From: Zancudomyces culisetae HAW-14-8
Lineage: Eukaryota; Fungi; Kickxellomycota
Assembly: GCA_052426225.1 (NCBI GenBank)
Contig: JBNJNM010000011.1
Location: forward strand, 3,348,001 to 3,412,000
Direction: 5' to 3'
DNA length: 64,000 nucleotides
The position numbers and the translations under genes are program-made. Below are positions 48,940 through 62,513 of the stretch, piece by piece; position 1 is the first letter of the stretch, and each line of letters starts with the position of its first letter. Under the pieces are notes generated by a model, which saw only the letters and a program-made list of their open reading frames with translations, was not told the origin of the DNA and did no database searches.

Positions 48940-50258
48940 TTTATCACGTTGTATTTATTATTGATTCTGAATCTATTGCCTACAACTCACTATAAATTAT
49001 ATATTTGTGAATTATGTACACAATTTGCGTTGTAACTCTAAAATTGAAATGAAAAAAAAATAAAATCAACCAAAAGGACAAATTGAATTGATCAAAAAAT
49101 CTGCTAATTCCTAGATACATTTAAATTTGTTGCTCTGATTGCCTAATGATATACTTTTTTTGAAAAATATGCAAAGATATCAATTGGATGTATTTGGTAC
49201 TAAAGCCAAAGATACGTGTGTAGGTTTTAATTATGTGGGTTTAACTATGCTTGTGCAATATATTAATACTAATACATTGCTAGAGCTAACAGGCTAAAAT
49301 GCCTACTGTTTTAAATAAATTAACTTGAGTTATGACTTGCGCTAGAACATATCCAGGTTTGTCAGCCATGGTATTCATAATTTATCCTTGTTCCAGCTAT
49401 CACTACCGCTATCATTATCCAAGGCCTCAAAAAAATAATGAAGTGCTGAAACGGAAGCCCACCCTAGTGGTGGTGGCAATCTCTTGCTATAACCACACAC
49501 TTGTTCCTTTTTTTTTTTCCGTAGTTACAAGCTGAAGTACAAAAAAAGCTATTCATACATGAGAGTTATCATTTTTTTCCATTTTCCAGCTGATGTCATT
49601 CTAGTCCTCCACTAGCTCCTTCTTTCACACCCCCTTCAGCTAATTATACAACAATAACGCTATTACCCAGCGATAGATCATCAGTACTAATCAGTCTTTT
49701 ACATTTGCTGAAAATCAATTAAGCTTCAAAGGCAATCACAAACTGTGATGCTAGTCTTTCTTTTTATTCGCTATTGCTCCTTTAGATTATCTTTGTGACT
49801 TGCACGACAAAATCTAGAATTAACACACACGCATAGAAGCCATTTCTGAGTCAAGTTAAAACAGTAAATTCCCATCTAGTCTAGTACACAACATGTAATA
49901 CTGCTCACCTTCGCAATAACAAAAAACAAAAGATAGAATACACACCCACGTTTTTTTAAAAAAAAGACAGTTTCTAGAGTTTTTTGAGATCTACAGCTTC
50001 CATCCCCTCTTCAGAAAAAAAAAATAGTGACATTAATCGATGCTTAGACTTTATACATCATTCATATCACATGTAATGCCATATCTTCCTAAAAATAGTT
50101 GTGCACAAATAACAAGTGGTATGGGCTGGTGCAAAACACTTTGAACTGACAAGAAAAAGGAAAGATATCCAGCAATAGCAAATTTTATTTTCTCTCCAAA
50201 CGCATGAAAAATCTACAGAACAAAGAGAGGGAAATGAAAAAAACAAACTAAACTACTT

Positions 50259-50705
50259 TTACATAGTCATAAGCATCTTGAGGAACTCCTCATAGCTGAG
50301 GGAACCATCACCACTGACGTCGTTTTCGTGAATCATTTCAGCGGCATCCTTCTCGCTAAGTTCAATTCCAAGTCCATTCAACAATGCTCTGAGTTTTCCA
50401 GCGGAAATTCTGTTGGTTTCATCCTGGAAAATCTCGTATGCAGCAGTATATCTGGTTTCGTCATCAACGGTATCCTGTCTCTTTGTGATCATGGCTATGA
50501 ATCCATCGAGATTCATCTTGTCTTGGCCATTAGTGTTAGCCTTGATCATTCTGACCAACTCGTCCCTTGAAGGAACACTCATTTGGAGTGCTCCCATAAC
50601 TGAACCAAGACCATCAGCAGTTATGAAACCGGCGTTCTCCTTATCGAAAAGACGGAAAACTTCCTTGTAGTCGGCAACCTCTTTTTCAGACAATCCGTGT
50701 GGCAT
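50259..50705 (-). CDS. Divergent calmodulin-like EF-hand protein (148 aa, intronless)
   Basis: LSEKEVADYKEVFRLFDKENAGFIT...LGSVMGAL...DVSGDGSLSYEEFLKML; calmodulin length and four-EF-hand layout, but only EF4 is canonical. Confidence 0.85.
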   Translation of the reverse strand: MPHGLSEKEVADYKEVFRLFDKENAGFITADGLGSVMGALQMSVPSRDELVRMIKANTNGQDKMNLDGFIAMITKRQDTVDDETRYTAAYEIFQDETNRISAGKLRALLNGLGIELSEKDAAEMIHENDVSGDGSLSYEEFLKMLMTM

Positions 50706-52768
50706 TTTCGAAATTTGATTTTTTTTCCTTTTATCTATAAGACTAAGAACTTAAAAATATATTTGCAAAGAGAGAGAAAAATCTAAATAGCGAAATCTAG
50801 CTGCAGATGTTTATGTTAGTATTTAAATGGTGTTTCAAAGCGGGTTTATCAAGTTTGCAAGCCAGGGAGCCAACTAGACACATATAAAATGTAGGAAAAC
50901 TTTTCTTTTTTCCCGCATTTTTCGCCCACCCCTTAAAAAAATCGCTTGATTAAATTAATTGATTAAAAAAAAAAGTTTTTGTGTAAACAAATTCTATAGG
51001 CCATTTTTATTCTAACAAAAAATATCTTAAATAACAAATCGAACACTGATTTGCTAATAGATTGGAAACAAAAAGTACATCCAAGAGATGTTTAGTAATT
51101 CCAATTTGTTGTAATTCCGTACAAATCCAAACTGAATACTTTTTTTTTCAATTTTGAATTTTACGGAATGATGGAGGCTTGCAGCCTTAATAACAAAAGC
51201 AGCTCCAATCAATAGAGCTATTCGCTAAATGACTATTATTATTTAGTGTGAGAAGAGTGGTGCCAAAATAGGTTGTTTATATGATAGATAGATGAGCTTT
51301 TACACATCATTTCAAACAGGCGCAATTTATACTTATTACAAAAAAATATTCAAAAAAAAATTTTTTTAGGGCGTAGGAAAGAAAAATAAAAGGAGGCGGA
51401 TTGACAGAACCAGGAGGAGGAGCAGTGTGAAAAGTGGGAAGTCTATGGCGGTAGCCTTAGGGCTACTTTTCAAATGTAAATACAGCTTATTATATCAATT
51501 CCTCAAACTGTATAAAACAGGATATATTAAGAAATGGTGGGATGCGTATATACTGAGAAAATTAAGCAGGACAAATAACACTAATGGTTTGTTTGAAGAT
51601 CGGATTGATTCTACAGAAGGAAAAGCAAACACACAAACCCGTATAGAAATTAAAACCTAAAAACCGTTGGTTATTTCATCACTGTTTCATAAATCAGTCC
51701 AATTGGGTGTATATAATGAAATTTGGATATTGGGTTGTGTAAAAAAAAAAGGGGAGGAGATTTGGTAACAAAAACGTTTTTTGAGGAACGATGCGGGAAG
51801 GAAAAGCGGAGGGGGGGGGGGGGGAAGGGTAGGGGACAACCATACATTATCAAATACACTTCGTGGCAACATGTGATAAAGTATGGTATCAAATGACATA
51901 TAGGGTAGTACTCCAAAGCGGAAAAAAAAGAGGAACAAGCAACAATAATATTTTTATAACTAACTGACTAATCTACCAACACCACAAACACGTTTATTTA
52001 CTTGTTCGAGTCATTTCAAATGTGGGAAGCATTTGTGCCAATGCGTCTTTTCTTAGAAAATCCACTATATGAACATGTCTCAATTAGTAAGCCCCATCAC
52101 TGGCAAATACCTGGGTGTATCATCTAGTAGTTGGGAAGGCCCCTACATCCTATAGATGATGTAGAAAGCTTGAATGGTATATATATATATGTACACATAA
52201 CTGTCCATCATCAAACAATAAATGCCAATCCTAATAAATATATCTATAGTTTTTTTCTTTTTTGATAAAGTGTACATACCACGCTATATTATTGTAAATG
52301 TAACACAGATAATATAATATGATTGTATTTCTAATACCAACACCTGAAGCAGTATATGTTACGAACTATATGCAAGTAGCCTAAAATGCAATGATTTCAC
52401 CCCCTTCATCCTTATAATACCTGAACCTAAAGAGACACGTTATAAAATACTTTATAATGTATAAATGGTACACCAGTGAGAGGGTATATTAACATGCCAA
52501 CAAATTAAAGTTGCACATGGTTGAGGGTTGTTTGCACTGCCAAGAAAATATTCTCTGAGTACCAACTAGATATATTTATTGTATAGCTCTTTTTTCATTT
52601 ATAAAAAAATAAAAATAATAAACACTGAATTCAAGGCATTAAAGTGAATATAATAAGCAGAAAAGTAGTACCAAATATTAGAACAATAGCAGAATGAGTT
52701 ATATATAACGAAAGAGAATATCCAGAAAATAACAGACACAAAGGGTACGGCTAGATTTGGTTTGATAA

Positions 52769-55700
52769 TCAAACGTGGTCTCCAACGAAGGTTTCAGAGG
52801 AAGAATATAGTTTGGCGCTCCGATGGTATGAATCAGTTTCATACGTATACTTTTTATGTAGTTCAGATGTGTCAGTAGCAGGGTCATCACAAGGAAACGA
52901 GAACGACTTGGCGCAGCCGACATTATAAGCAATAGTAGAGTCGTTTTCAGCAGTTTCTTGAGGAGAAACCGTAGACTGGTGTGAAAATGAAGAAAAGATA
53001 TCTTTGGTAGCTCTTTCGCCTGGTACGCATAGGGATGAAGATGGAGAGATAGTGGAAGGCGTTTGTGGATCAGTAGCTTTGCTCGAAGTGCCTTCGTTGA
53101 CAAACAGTGGCGTGTCTACAAAATCAGATGATTTCTTCATGTTATTGGTATGGTTTGCAATGTTAGACGTTACGCAGGTCTCAAAGCGGCCATGTGCAGG
53201 TGGTGGTGATGAGGTAAAGGTATTTTGAGCATATATTTTAAATGGCTGATTCTTCATCCGTGGAGTTGGGTGGTTGTGAGACCGGTGCCCGTAAAAATGA
53301 CCAAAACTTTCATCCTCAGCCACCTTAGCCAACGATCTTCGCAAATCGGCGTTAGCACAGTCATTGGAATAACTACCGGGACGGAAATAACTTGTATTTT
53401 GGCTACTTGAGTTAAGCTCAGAACCCGGATCAATTCTGGGAACGTACAAATCCAGACCCACTATACTCCCAAAGGAGCGATTGGCGTTATTATGGGCCTT
53501 TGTAATAGGGGCGGCGGACCGAGTGCGTACAGTTGTGGCACTAAGCCCCATTTTGGAAGAGCCGTTATATAAGCTAGAATCGGTAGACCTAGATTTATAG
53601 CTACTATGCATTTCGTTGGCCTTGTGGTGTGCTCTTCCGGAGGATGGGGTGGAGGGTGATGGGGATATTGATGTCGATGTCGACGCATGTGCCAGTGGTT
53701 TTGATAGATACTGTCTGGTGTTGTCCGGAGAGTAGTCAGAGACTGTTTTTTTAGAAGGTAGGAAATTCCTGGGTGGGTACCGCGAACTTGGATGTGTCTG
53801 AGATGGGGATTTTGCGTTTCTACTTATTAAAACATCCCTGGAAAGCAGGTCAGAATTAACTAATCCCATAGTTAATTCCAAGTCATCTTTTCTAGTAAAA
53901 GAAATTTTATCCATGTAAAATGCAGGTGTTGAATAATGAGGAGGAGGTTTTGTGTCGTCTTTGCCAAAGCTAGTCGGAGAAAATTCAGGAGTAGATATAA
54001 TCAGTGTCGGTTGAGTGGTGTTGGAGTTAGATATACATGGTGATTTCGAATGGGTGTAAGTTGATGTATTTCCGGACAAAGTGTCAGCCAAAGATATTGC
54101 AGACAAACCTGTGTATTCCGGATACAGTCCAAGAGTGGTTTCTGGAGATGTGTATATGCTTTTATTATTTATACCCCCAGAAATGGCATTTCCGGAACCA
54201 TCTACAGAAAAGCTGCATGTCCGAATGTCTCTCAGCATCAAATCACCGATTTTAGTTATTGGTGTACAACTGGGTCTAAATGAGATTTGTTTTCTCACAC
54301 TTTGTAGTGCACTCTTCATGGAGTTAAGTTGTGCCCTAGCGCTTTCTGCTTTCATTACAGACATTTTTATTAGCTGATGTCTTAGTCCAACATTTCTGAG
54401 TTTTGTTGCTCTAAATATCTCGTTATCCAACCTTTCTGACTCCAATCCAAACTCTTTTTTGATCCTTATCAAGTTTTCTTTAGCTTGCTTTTCTGTCTCG
54501 GAAATATTCAAATCATCTTCATCATTCATATCGAGTGTACTTTCACAGTTGTTTTCATATACTATGATTGCCCTGTCATAACTCATCAGTAGTTCAACGT
54601 GATGCTTTAGTTGCATCTATTTCATTTTATTCAAGAATACAATTAGTTGTTGTCTAAGGTATTTGTTGTATACGTCATTTTATATTACCTTGTTAGCTAT
54701 AACTAGCTGTAGCATATCATCAAGGCAGTCATATAGTTCCTGAGCTTCCCAATGAACCTAGATTTATATGGTTTACGTTTATGATTATATTTTTAATTTA
54801 TTTCTTATTTTTTTGCACTAAAAAGTATTTTAAAATCAGGTGACCATTCATTTAACACACGTCCACACACACAAATACACATACACGAATATATTGCGTA
54901 TGTTATAATTACGATTTCAATTTCCAAATAAAAGTGATGAATCCTTTTTTTTATTTTTTTAAAAAAAGGTAATAACTTACTGTTTCCTCTCTTGTAAAAC
55001 GAAGCATCCTGAAAAGTGTTTCTAGAGTTTGTAAATTACATATAAGCCTTAAAGAGTCTTTGCTTCTTATTTGTTTCTTAAGAGATAATCCATTTGTATT
55101 CCTCCCGGTATACAGTAGGTCTATGCGAAATAGTCCGTTTAGTTCCTTTACAAACTCACTTCGCAATCTGTCCATTTCTATTATGGGTTAAAAGTTTACT
55201 AGTTGTTTTATTTACCAATCTACATACACTGTTAATATCATTATATCTACACACCCTGGTAGTGTACCACCAAGGCAAATGTATATATATCGACTTGCCT
55301 TTTTGTTGAGTCCAAAGCAGCGCGAGTGAATGTTTGAACTCTTTATACGTTTTTTCCAGCTGAAAAATTACATTTCCCCGTGTTTTCATGACCTCATCAT
55401 CATTATCTTCTATCTGGCATACTGGGTCATATATATTAAAATTACCATTCTCTTCTCTCTCTGCTAAACTGGATACTAACCAGGAAAACATTCCTGATTT
55501 CTTCGATTCTAAAATAGCGTAATCCTATATACCATTCCAGAAACACCTTTGAATTACACCAAAAAAGTATATAGAAAAAACACACGCCATCTATTTTCAA
55601 GTATAATACATAATTCAATATTCAACAATTACCTTTTTAACCAAAAAATCCACTAAAGGTTTGTATATTTTGGGATATTTCCTTTTAGCTGCAAGGTAGT

Positions 55701-56185
55701 TTAGCCATCTTTCAACCTGCGCTCTCTTGCGCTCCAAGTATACTCTGGTCGATTTTTCTCCAGTAAAATCCTCGTGAGAAAGTTTGGTGATCCCTCCATG
55801 TTTATACTCCTCCCATATCTTTTTGCTTAACCCTACACATTGTCTATAGCTCCTCAAAACTTTCAGCCTTCTTGGAGGTTCTCTTTTTGCATTTTTTACA
55901 CTATTCCGTACAACTTCTGCTTTTTTCCCGTTGGATTCAGATTGAAAGGATTTTGCGGCTCTGTTTTTGTCTTCAGAACCAGTTGGAAATGTCCTTATAC
56001 CGCCTTCTTTAATCAACTATTGAATACCGAAAATATTGAGCATTTATTAAAAATTCCATTCCTACTGCCAAGTTGAGAAATAACAACATGTATTCCAAAA
56101 GTCTTACCTTTTCGTCATAGATTATCAAAAACAAAGCCTCGCCGCCATCTAAGAAAACATTCTCAATTACACATTTTTTGTTCAT
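52769..56185 (-). CDS. PX-BAR sorting nexin-like protein (Vps5/Vps17-like) with long Ser/Thr-rich C-terminal tail; exons 56185..56108, 56016..55633, 55524..55299, 55177..54981, 54757..54689, 54616..52769
   Basis: PX-like KVLRSYRQCVGLSKKIW...YLERKRAQVERWLNYLA...LVDFL, followed by long amphipathic helices (BAR-like: EKQAKENLIRIKKEF...LRHQLIKMSVMKAESARAQLNSM). Exons join in frame if one intron is GC-AG. Confidence 0.6.
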
Positions 56186-58484
56186 TTCTGCAACTAAACC
56201 CACCTCTGTCCTTCAGTCTTTTTTTTTTCTACTATCGAATCCAACCAAAATTCCTTTAAAATTCATAAAAAAGATCCTGTCTGTATTTTAAATTTTATTC
56301 CTTAATTCTCAACCACATCCGCTAAATCGAAAATCGCTTGCTTCGACCAGCCTTTTATCCTTATCTTTAGCACAATATTAAGCTTAAAGTGTTGGTTGCA
56401 TTCATATCCTCTATACTCCTATAAATGCATTTTTACAACTCCAGTATTAGTAGTTGGTGATTAAATCGGTATTTGCTAAATTAATTGGGTCCAAAATGTT
56501 TTGCTTTTCGAAGGCACTTTTGTTTTTCAGTTTAAAAATCTGCTCAGCCCGTAGAAACATCGCTTTTGAAGATAGCCTCCACAAAGCTCGAATAGTACTA
56601 GCACATATATCTCAATTATAATTATCTCTCTTACCTGCAATGTCTCGATGCTTTATGAATGTTACTTTACCTTCCTAGTTTTCAACCGTAACCACTGCTT
56701 TTGCCTCTATTGTTTTTCTATTAGATGGAATATATTTATCTGCAGGTCTGTTTAGTTTTAAATTTTCATTTGAGTTAATTTTCAAATATTTTTGTTGTTT
56801 ATAACAACTGTTATAGATGAAACGAACAGCTAGTTGCATTCAAAAGCTAAAATGTACCCAAAAAAAAACGACAGATGTGCTGGATTTTCTGGATAATTAC
56901 CGATACCACCAAATAGTTTTGCTTGGGCTTTTTTAACGGTTTTTTTTTAGAAATATAAATCATAGGTGAAAGCAGCCATTAACAACATTATTTTTTGAAC
57001 AAATTGAGCCCAAATAATTAGTACCAATCGAACTGTTACACTATAACCTCGGAACATACAAACATGGGGCAGGGTATAGAGTTCCTACTAGAAGTATATT
57101 CAGTTTCTTGGCTTTTTGCTTTGCTTTTCCTGTTTCCACTTTTTATTTTGGAGTTATCCTGCTCAAGTTCAAAGAAAAAAAAATTAAGAATAGGGCCTGT
57201 GGGTTGCAAAAGATGCTAACTGATTGGCAAGGTAGAGGGTTGAACATATTTGCTATTGTTTAGCTTTTACAGTCGAATATCTAATAATTACGATGCTTTG
57301 AATGCAAACCTATTCCATTATTATATTTTGTTCTTTATCTTGACCCATTTGCTTCTAACACCAGTTCAAGTAAATGCTAAAAATAAACACACAATTTGAG
57401 AAATATCTGACAATTCTCCAAAAGCAAACTCCAATCAATGGCTTGTGTTTACGATTTAAAATGGCAATTATAATACATAGGCGCAGCCAATAGCCCTTGA
57501 AAAGTATCGATTTTTCAAATTTAGGTTTTGATTGTGTTTGATTATTTAGTTCACTACACGCAATTGAAAACTAGAATTTGTAAGAAGCATAATAATGAAA
57601 AACAGGGTGTATAGGTGCTGAATTTGCCTTTAAACTTCAAGATTTTGAAACTATATTTCTGCCACATTATGAATACTTGTCGGTAGATGTTTACTTCACC
57701 GGATAGAACAAATGCGAATAGTGTTAATGTCACTCTAAAATGTGTAAAGTAAGAGCAGTAAAAATAATTCCTGGCTCTTGTTGATGATAGCTGTATTTTT
57801 ATTTTGGGAATGTTAATCACCTTGGTAATTGCTGAAATATGTATAACAAATCAGTTAAAGAAGCGTAAAAAATAGGCTCATACTAGAGTTTTGTGGAGGA
57901 TTGATCATCCCATCTATTTTTTAGCGCTATCTGTTCCTTATGGATATTGTGTTTTAGCTTGACCAGTATGTATGAGGATATGATTTGACAATTAAGGTAT
58001 TATACTGTGCTAATCATATTCTCTTCCGCTGTTCTCTATCCTTTTAATCAACTTTTTGGAGATACGTGCGTGTAATAACCCCCCTTCCCCGCCCCTCAAG
58101 CAAGATTTATTCAAATATTTGTTGTTTTTTTTTCTTTTTAATATGAATTTTGACAAGAATTATGAGAAAGGTTGTGAAAATCTTGTTTTAAGATGTTGAT
58201 GATCATTTCAAATTCTATTTCGAATGTGGAAAAGACGCAGAAATGCTGTGTTAGAGTCATAAAAACGGACAACATCTCGGATAGTTGAATGTGTAACATG
58301 ACAAATGAAAATCCTAATCGAGAAAAAAAACAGCGGATTTTTTTTTGGAGAGGGAAGGGTTGTTTTGTTTATTTTTTTCTGCTTTTTTGTTACATAAAAA
58401 AGCATACAAAAGAAAGAAAAGTGAAAAACACATACATTGACAATTTCTTACGCAAAAAGCAATTTGTATAATACAATTCCCAAA

Positions 58485-59366
58485 ATGGACGTGATTCTTG
58501 AGGCTGAGTGTTTGCTCTTTGATCTTGATGGAACCCTAATCAGTAAGTACTTTTTCTCAATACTATTCTGGGTGACTATGGATTGGTTGCTTTTTTGTTG
58601 TTTAAAAATCTAGATTCTATGATATCTATTGCATTTTTCCTGTTGACTTTTCCTCATTTTTTCTTTTGAAGGAAAGTATACTCATACTCATACACAAACA
58701 CATAGCATGGATCTAACGTAAATTCTAAAATTTTCAAAATAAATAGACACAACAAAGTGTGTCGAAAAGCACTGGAAGGCAAACTGCGAAAAGCATGGAG
58801 TAGATTTCGAGACACTAATGGCCTTTAGTCACGGCACCCAGACAATAAAAGTTTTGGAAAAGTTTTTTCCAGAACACATGGTAAATGAAAAGTCAGTTAT
58901 CGAGCTTGAAGAGGTGGTGATGAACGATACAGACGGTGTGGAAGTTGTTGATGGTGCTATAGAATTTGTTAAGAGGCTTCCCGCATCAAAATGGGGGATA
59001 GTAACATCAGGAACAAAGAAAATGGCAGAAACACGCATTATACAGACCAGTTTTCCACCTACAACTGCATTTTACACTGCAGATATTGTGAAAAATAGCA
59101 AACCACATCCAGAGGGTTATTTGCGATGCGCACAGGAGTTGGGTGCAGATCCAGCATCATGTATAGTCTTTGAGGATGCACCAGCAGGTATAAAGGCTGG
59201 GTTGGAGGCTGGATGCAAGGTTGTTGGTGTTGTTTCATCACACACTCGAGAGCAGTTGATGAAACTGGGCGTTTCGGCCTGTATTGAGAGTTACAACTCA
59301 ATAACTTGTGTAATCGAAAATGGAAGAATATTATTGACAATCAGAAACGGAATTAGCGCAAATTAA
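58485..59366 (+). CDS. HAD-superfamily sugar/glycerol phosphatase (GPP1/DOG1/YfbT-like); exons 58485..58542, 58747..59366
   Basis: LLFDLDGTLINTT (motif I across intron), WGIVTSGT, SKPHPEGYL, IVFEDAPAGIKAG. Confidence 0.9.
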
Positions 59367-59725
59367 TAGTTGCTAGTCTCACTTTCTGTGATATCCTCGC
59401 CTTATTATACACACATTGCTAGTTAGCGTAAACAAGCATATATATATTTTTTCGTTTCATTTTTCCATTGCTTTTCTAAAAAAAATATAGACACACCATA
59501 ACTACCAAAAGTTACTCAGATTTATTGATGCGTTCATTGGTCATTTTATATACTATTTTTTTTTTTGGTGATTATGATGAATTAAAGGTCAAAATGTGTA
59601 TTTTAGCATTCTTGATGAAAAGCGAAATACCTGATTTTTGTAAAAAAAACAACTCGAAGTACTTTGAGTACATTTAAAATAGAATCAAAACTGCAGTAGA
59701 GAACAAGCGGGAGGAGAGGGAAATA

Positions 59726-61660
59726 ATGGCTGACGCAAAGGCAAATGATTTCCAACAAGAGGCCAAAGAATTGCAGAGGATGCAGGCTGAGCTTGATTTA
59801 AAGTTGGAGCAGCAGGATAAACCTGTCAGTAAGGATGAGACGCAGATATCAGAGGTAGAAGATGAGGAAGAGCGTAAGCTTGAGCCTGAAAAAAGGCTCA
59901 AATTGAGTAGAGCTAGGGCTTACATGAAAGAGCTACAAAATACTGTAAGTAGGTTTAATGTATAATTATATGGACATGTATAAACACACATTTACTAGTT
60001 TTGTTTATTTTTGGATCGTCATTTTAACACAAGTATGACAGTTAAATATAAATGACAATATAAAGGGCTGAAGTTGTTTTATTTATTTAAAACTAGAGAT
60101 TCAAGGAGCTTAGTGAGGATCTGCAAAAACCAAAATCGGTTGGAATACTGAACCCGGGATTGGCATCGGGTATGGATGTACGAATACTTGCAACACTTTC
60201 TAGAATTTACGTCGGCTCAATAAATTTTGAAATGACGGATGAGCATCTAAGAAAAATATTTTCCGAATATGGTGCAGTAAAGAACATTAGTATGTCGATA
60301 GACCGAAACACAGGAAAACATATGGGATTTGGGTTTATAGATTTTGACGTTCCAGAATCTGCGAGCCTGGCACTTGAGAATATGACAGGAAAAATTCTTG
60401 CTGGAAGGTAATTCTTTTTTCTATTTTCTCCCCCCTTTTTTAAAGGGAAAGATAGGGTATCGATGGTGGCAGTTGTGAGAGTTATGACAGTTGTGATACC
60501 AGAATACTGACCCTAATATATTTTGAGAGCTATCAAGCTTAACAAGGATAAATTCATACATTTATTTTTGTGGATCTATACACTGTAGACAGATAAAAGT
60601 GGGCAGACCAAAGGAATACGAGTCGGCATTATCGGCAATCACCATAAAGCCACCAGCAGAAAGGATATACGTATCTAACGTGAATGAATCAATCAGCGAA
60701 GAGGATCTCTCGTCGATGTTTTTACATTTTGGAGCAATAAAAAAGTGTGTTCTTTCACCAAACATGCTAACACGAAAACACAGAGGTTGGGGATATATTG
60801 AGTTTGAATCAGCAGAGATAGCGGCTGGCGTGCTCTCAACTATGGATAGATTTAAATTGGTGAACCAAGAGCTTCGCGTTAGGGAATGCGTGGTTGGCGG
60901 AGAGCTGGGTGAAGGAATGGCCATTTTAGACTCATTACCACAACCGGTATTACCACTAAAAGTATCCACAGAAAAAGCGGTGGCTGGGTCATCTTTTGGC
61001 GATAAAGGTAACTAGAATGGGTATTTCCCTTCTTATTTTGTCATTTTGAGTAGCGAGCGCGACTCTTTAATTGATTAGAAAGCAAACGCGACAAAAAAAT
61101 AACTGATTGAAATATTTATAGAACAACCAGAAGCCTCAAATAGCGAACAAGCGCATTCTGCTCAACCCAGCGCTTACACATCTGCTGCAATCGATACCAA
61201 GGCAATGGGCCAAGCGGCGTTGAATGTGGCTGCCAAGCTTTCAGCACCCCTGCATTCTACAGACCTGGATTCTGTAGCAAACGAGGAGAATCTACACATA
61301 AGTTCAAAACAGAGATACTCAATTATGCAAAAGCTCTCCAGAGGCGAAGAGGCCATGGCAGTCATGTTCCTTTCTAATACAGCTACGCCCGAAGAAATAG
61401 ATGAAGATTTTGCGGAGGATATTTATCTTGAGTCGAAAAAGTATGGCGATATCGAAAAGGTTGAGGTTCGTGTTGACGATCAGAATCACGATGTTAAGGT
61501 GTTCGTTGTGTATAGAAGCATACATGATGCCAAGAATGCCGTGAGTGTGTTTGATCAAAGATGGTTTGGTGGAAGAAAGGTAGCTGCATCAATCTATGAC
61601 TACGAAAAACTTCGTTCTGAACCGAACCCCGCAACAGACGTGTATCCACGCAACCAGTAG
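59726..61660 (+). CDS. PUF60: PUF60/half-pint poly(U)-binding splicing factor (RRM-RRM-UHM); exons 59726..59944, 60097..60407, 60589..61007, 61122..61660
   Basis: RIYVGSINFE...TGKHMGFGFIDFDVPESASLALENM...GRQIKVGRP; second RRM (RIYVSNV...KHRGWGYIEF); ENLHISSKQRYSIMQKLSR; UHM with RWFGGRKV. Confidence 0.88.
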
Positions 61661-62513
61661 TGATTATTTCTACATTTACGTATTTGTGTTTAACCGTTTC
61701 CCTTTTTATCATCAATTTCTTTTATAGTGTATATTTAAGCATTTCTAACCAAATGGCTACATATTGTTGTTTATTTTCGATTATACCAACAAAGAAAAAG
61801 AACAGAAAAAAAACAGAAAAAATGATATTGTGCTTCAGGAATGTCTATTAGAAAAGTTTTCGTGGAGTACAAAACCTTCCTTATATACACATATGTCGAC
61901 TAGGTATTATGTTGGGGGTTTGTGTGTCGGATACATAGATGGCTGCAGTGTATGGTTTATAATTTAAAGTTATAATTTGCGTATTAATCAGTGAGGGCAA
62001 GATATTTTACTTGGTAAAGCACTCATTCTCTTGTACTTTGGCGTAATTAATACAATGAAAGAAGTTCCAAAGGTAAGATTTACGACTCCTGTATTTACGC
62101 GATATTTGGGAATTTTTGGTGCTGTAGCTGATGTTGTAAAATTCGGAGTATTTATCAGGAATTTTGTAAAGTGAAACGACCAGCTTGTCATTGGTGTAAT
62201 CGAAACTAAAATATACCAAAATTACGGTTTCACCAGTGTAATTTGAAAATGCAAACTACAAAAGAAATATTTAGGTTTAATCAATAAATGCAAGTTAGTA
62301 TATATTTCATGAAACAGCGATTTTGTAGAGACCTATTTACAGTTTAAAAATATTAGAGTATACTCGGACTAAAATTGTAATATTACAGAGTGTAGTACCA
62401 TAGCGGAAATCAGTAGCATTCTGTTGTTTCGGGATTAAACAAACTCAGTAATCGCGTAAAACAAAATTTCGAACCTCAAAGTAGAGTTAACAAAAGTGTG
62501 AATAAACAAAAAA

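Noticed and set aside
55156-55298. Read-through of the 111-aa ORF (GKSIYIHLPWWY...)
   Set aside because: It ends in a stop with no in-frame GT-AG continuation; better explained as a GC-AG intron.
61988-62420. Short minus-strand ORFs between PUF60 and SZT2
   Set aside because: No recognisable family and no convincing spliced model.
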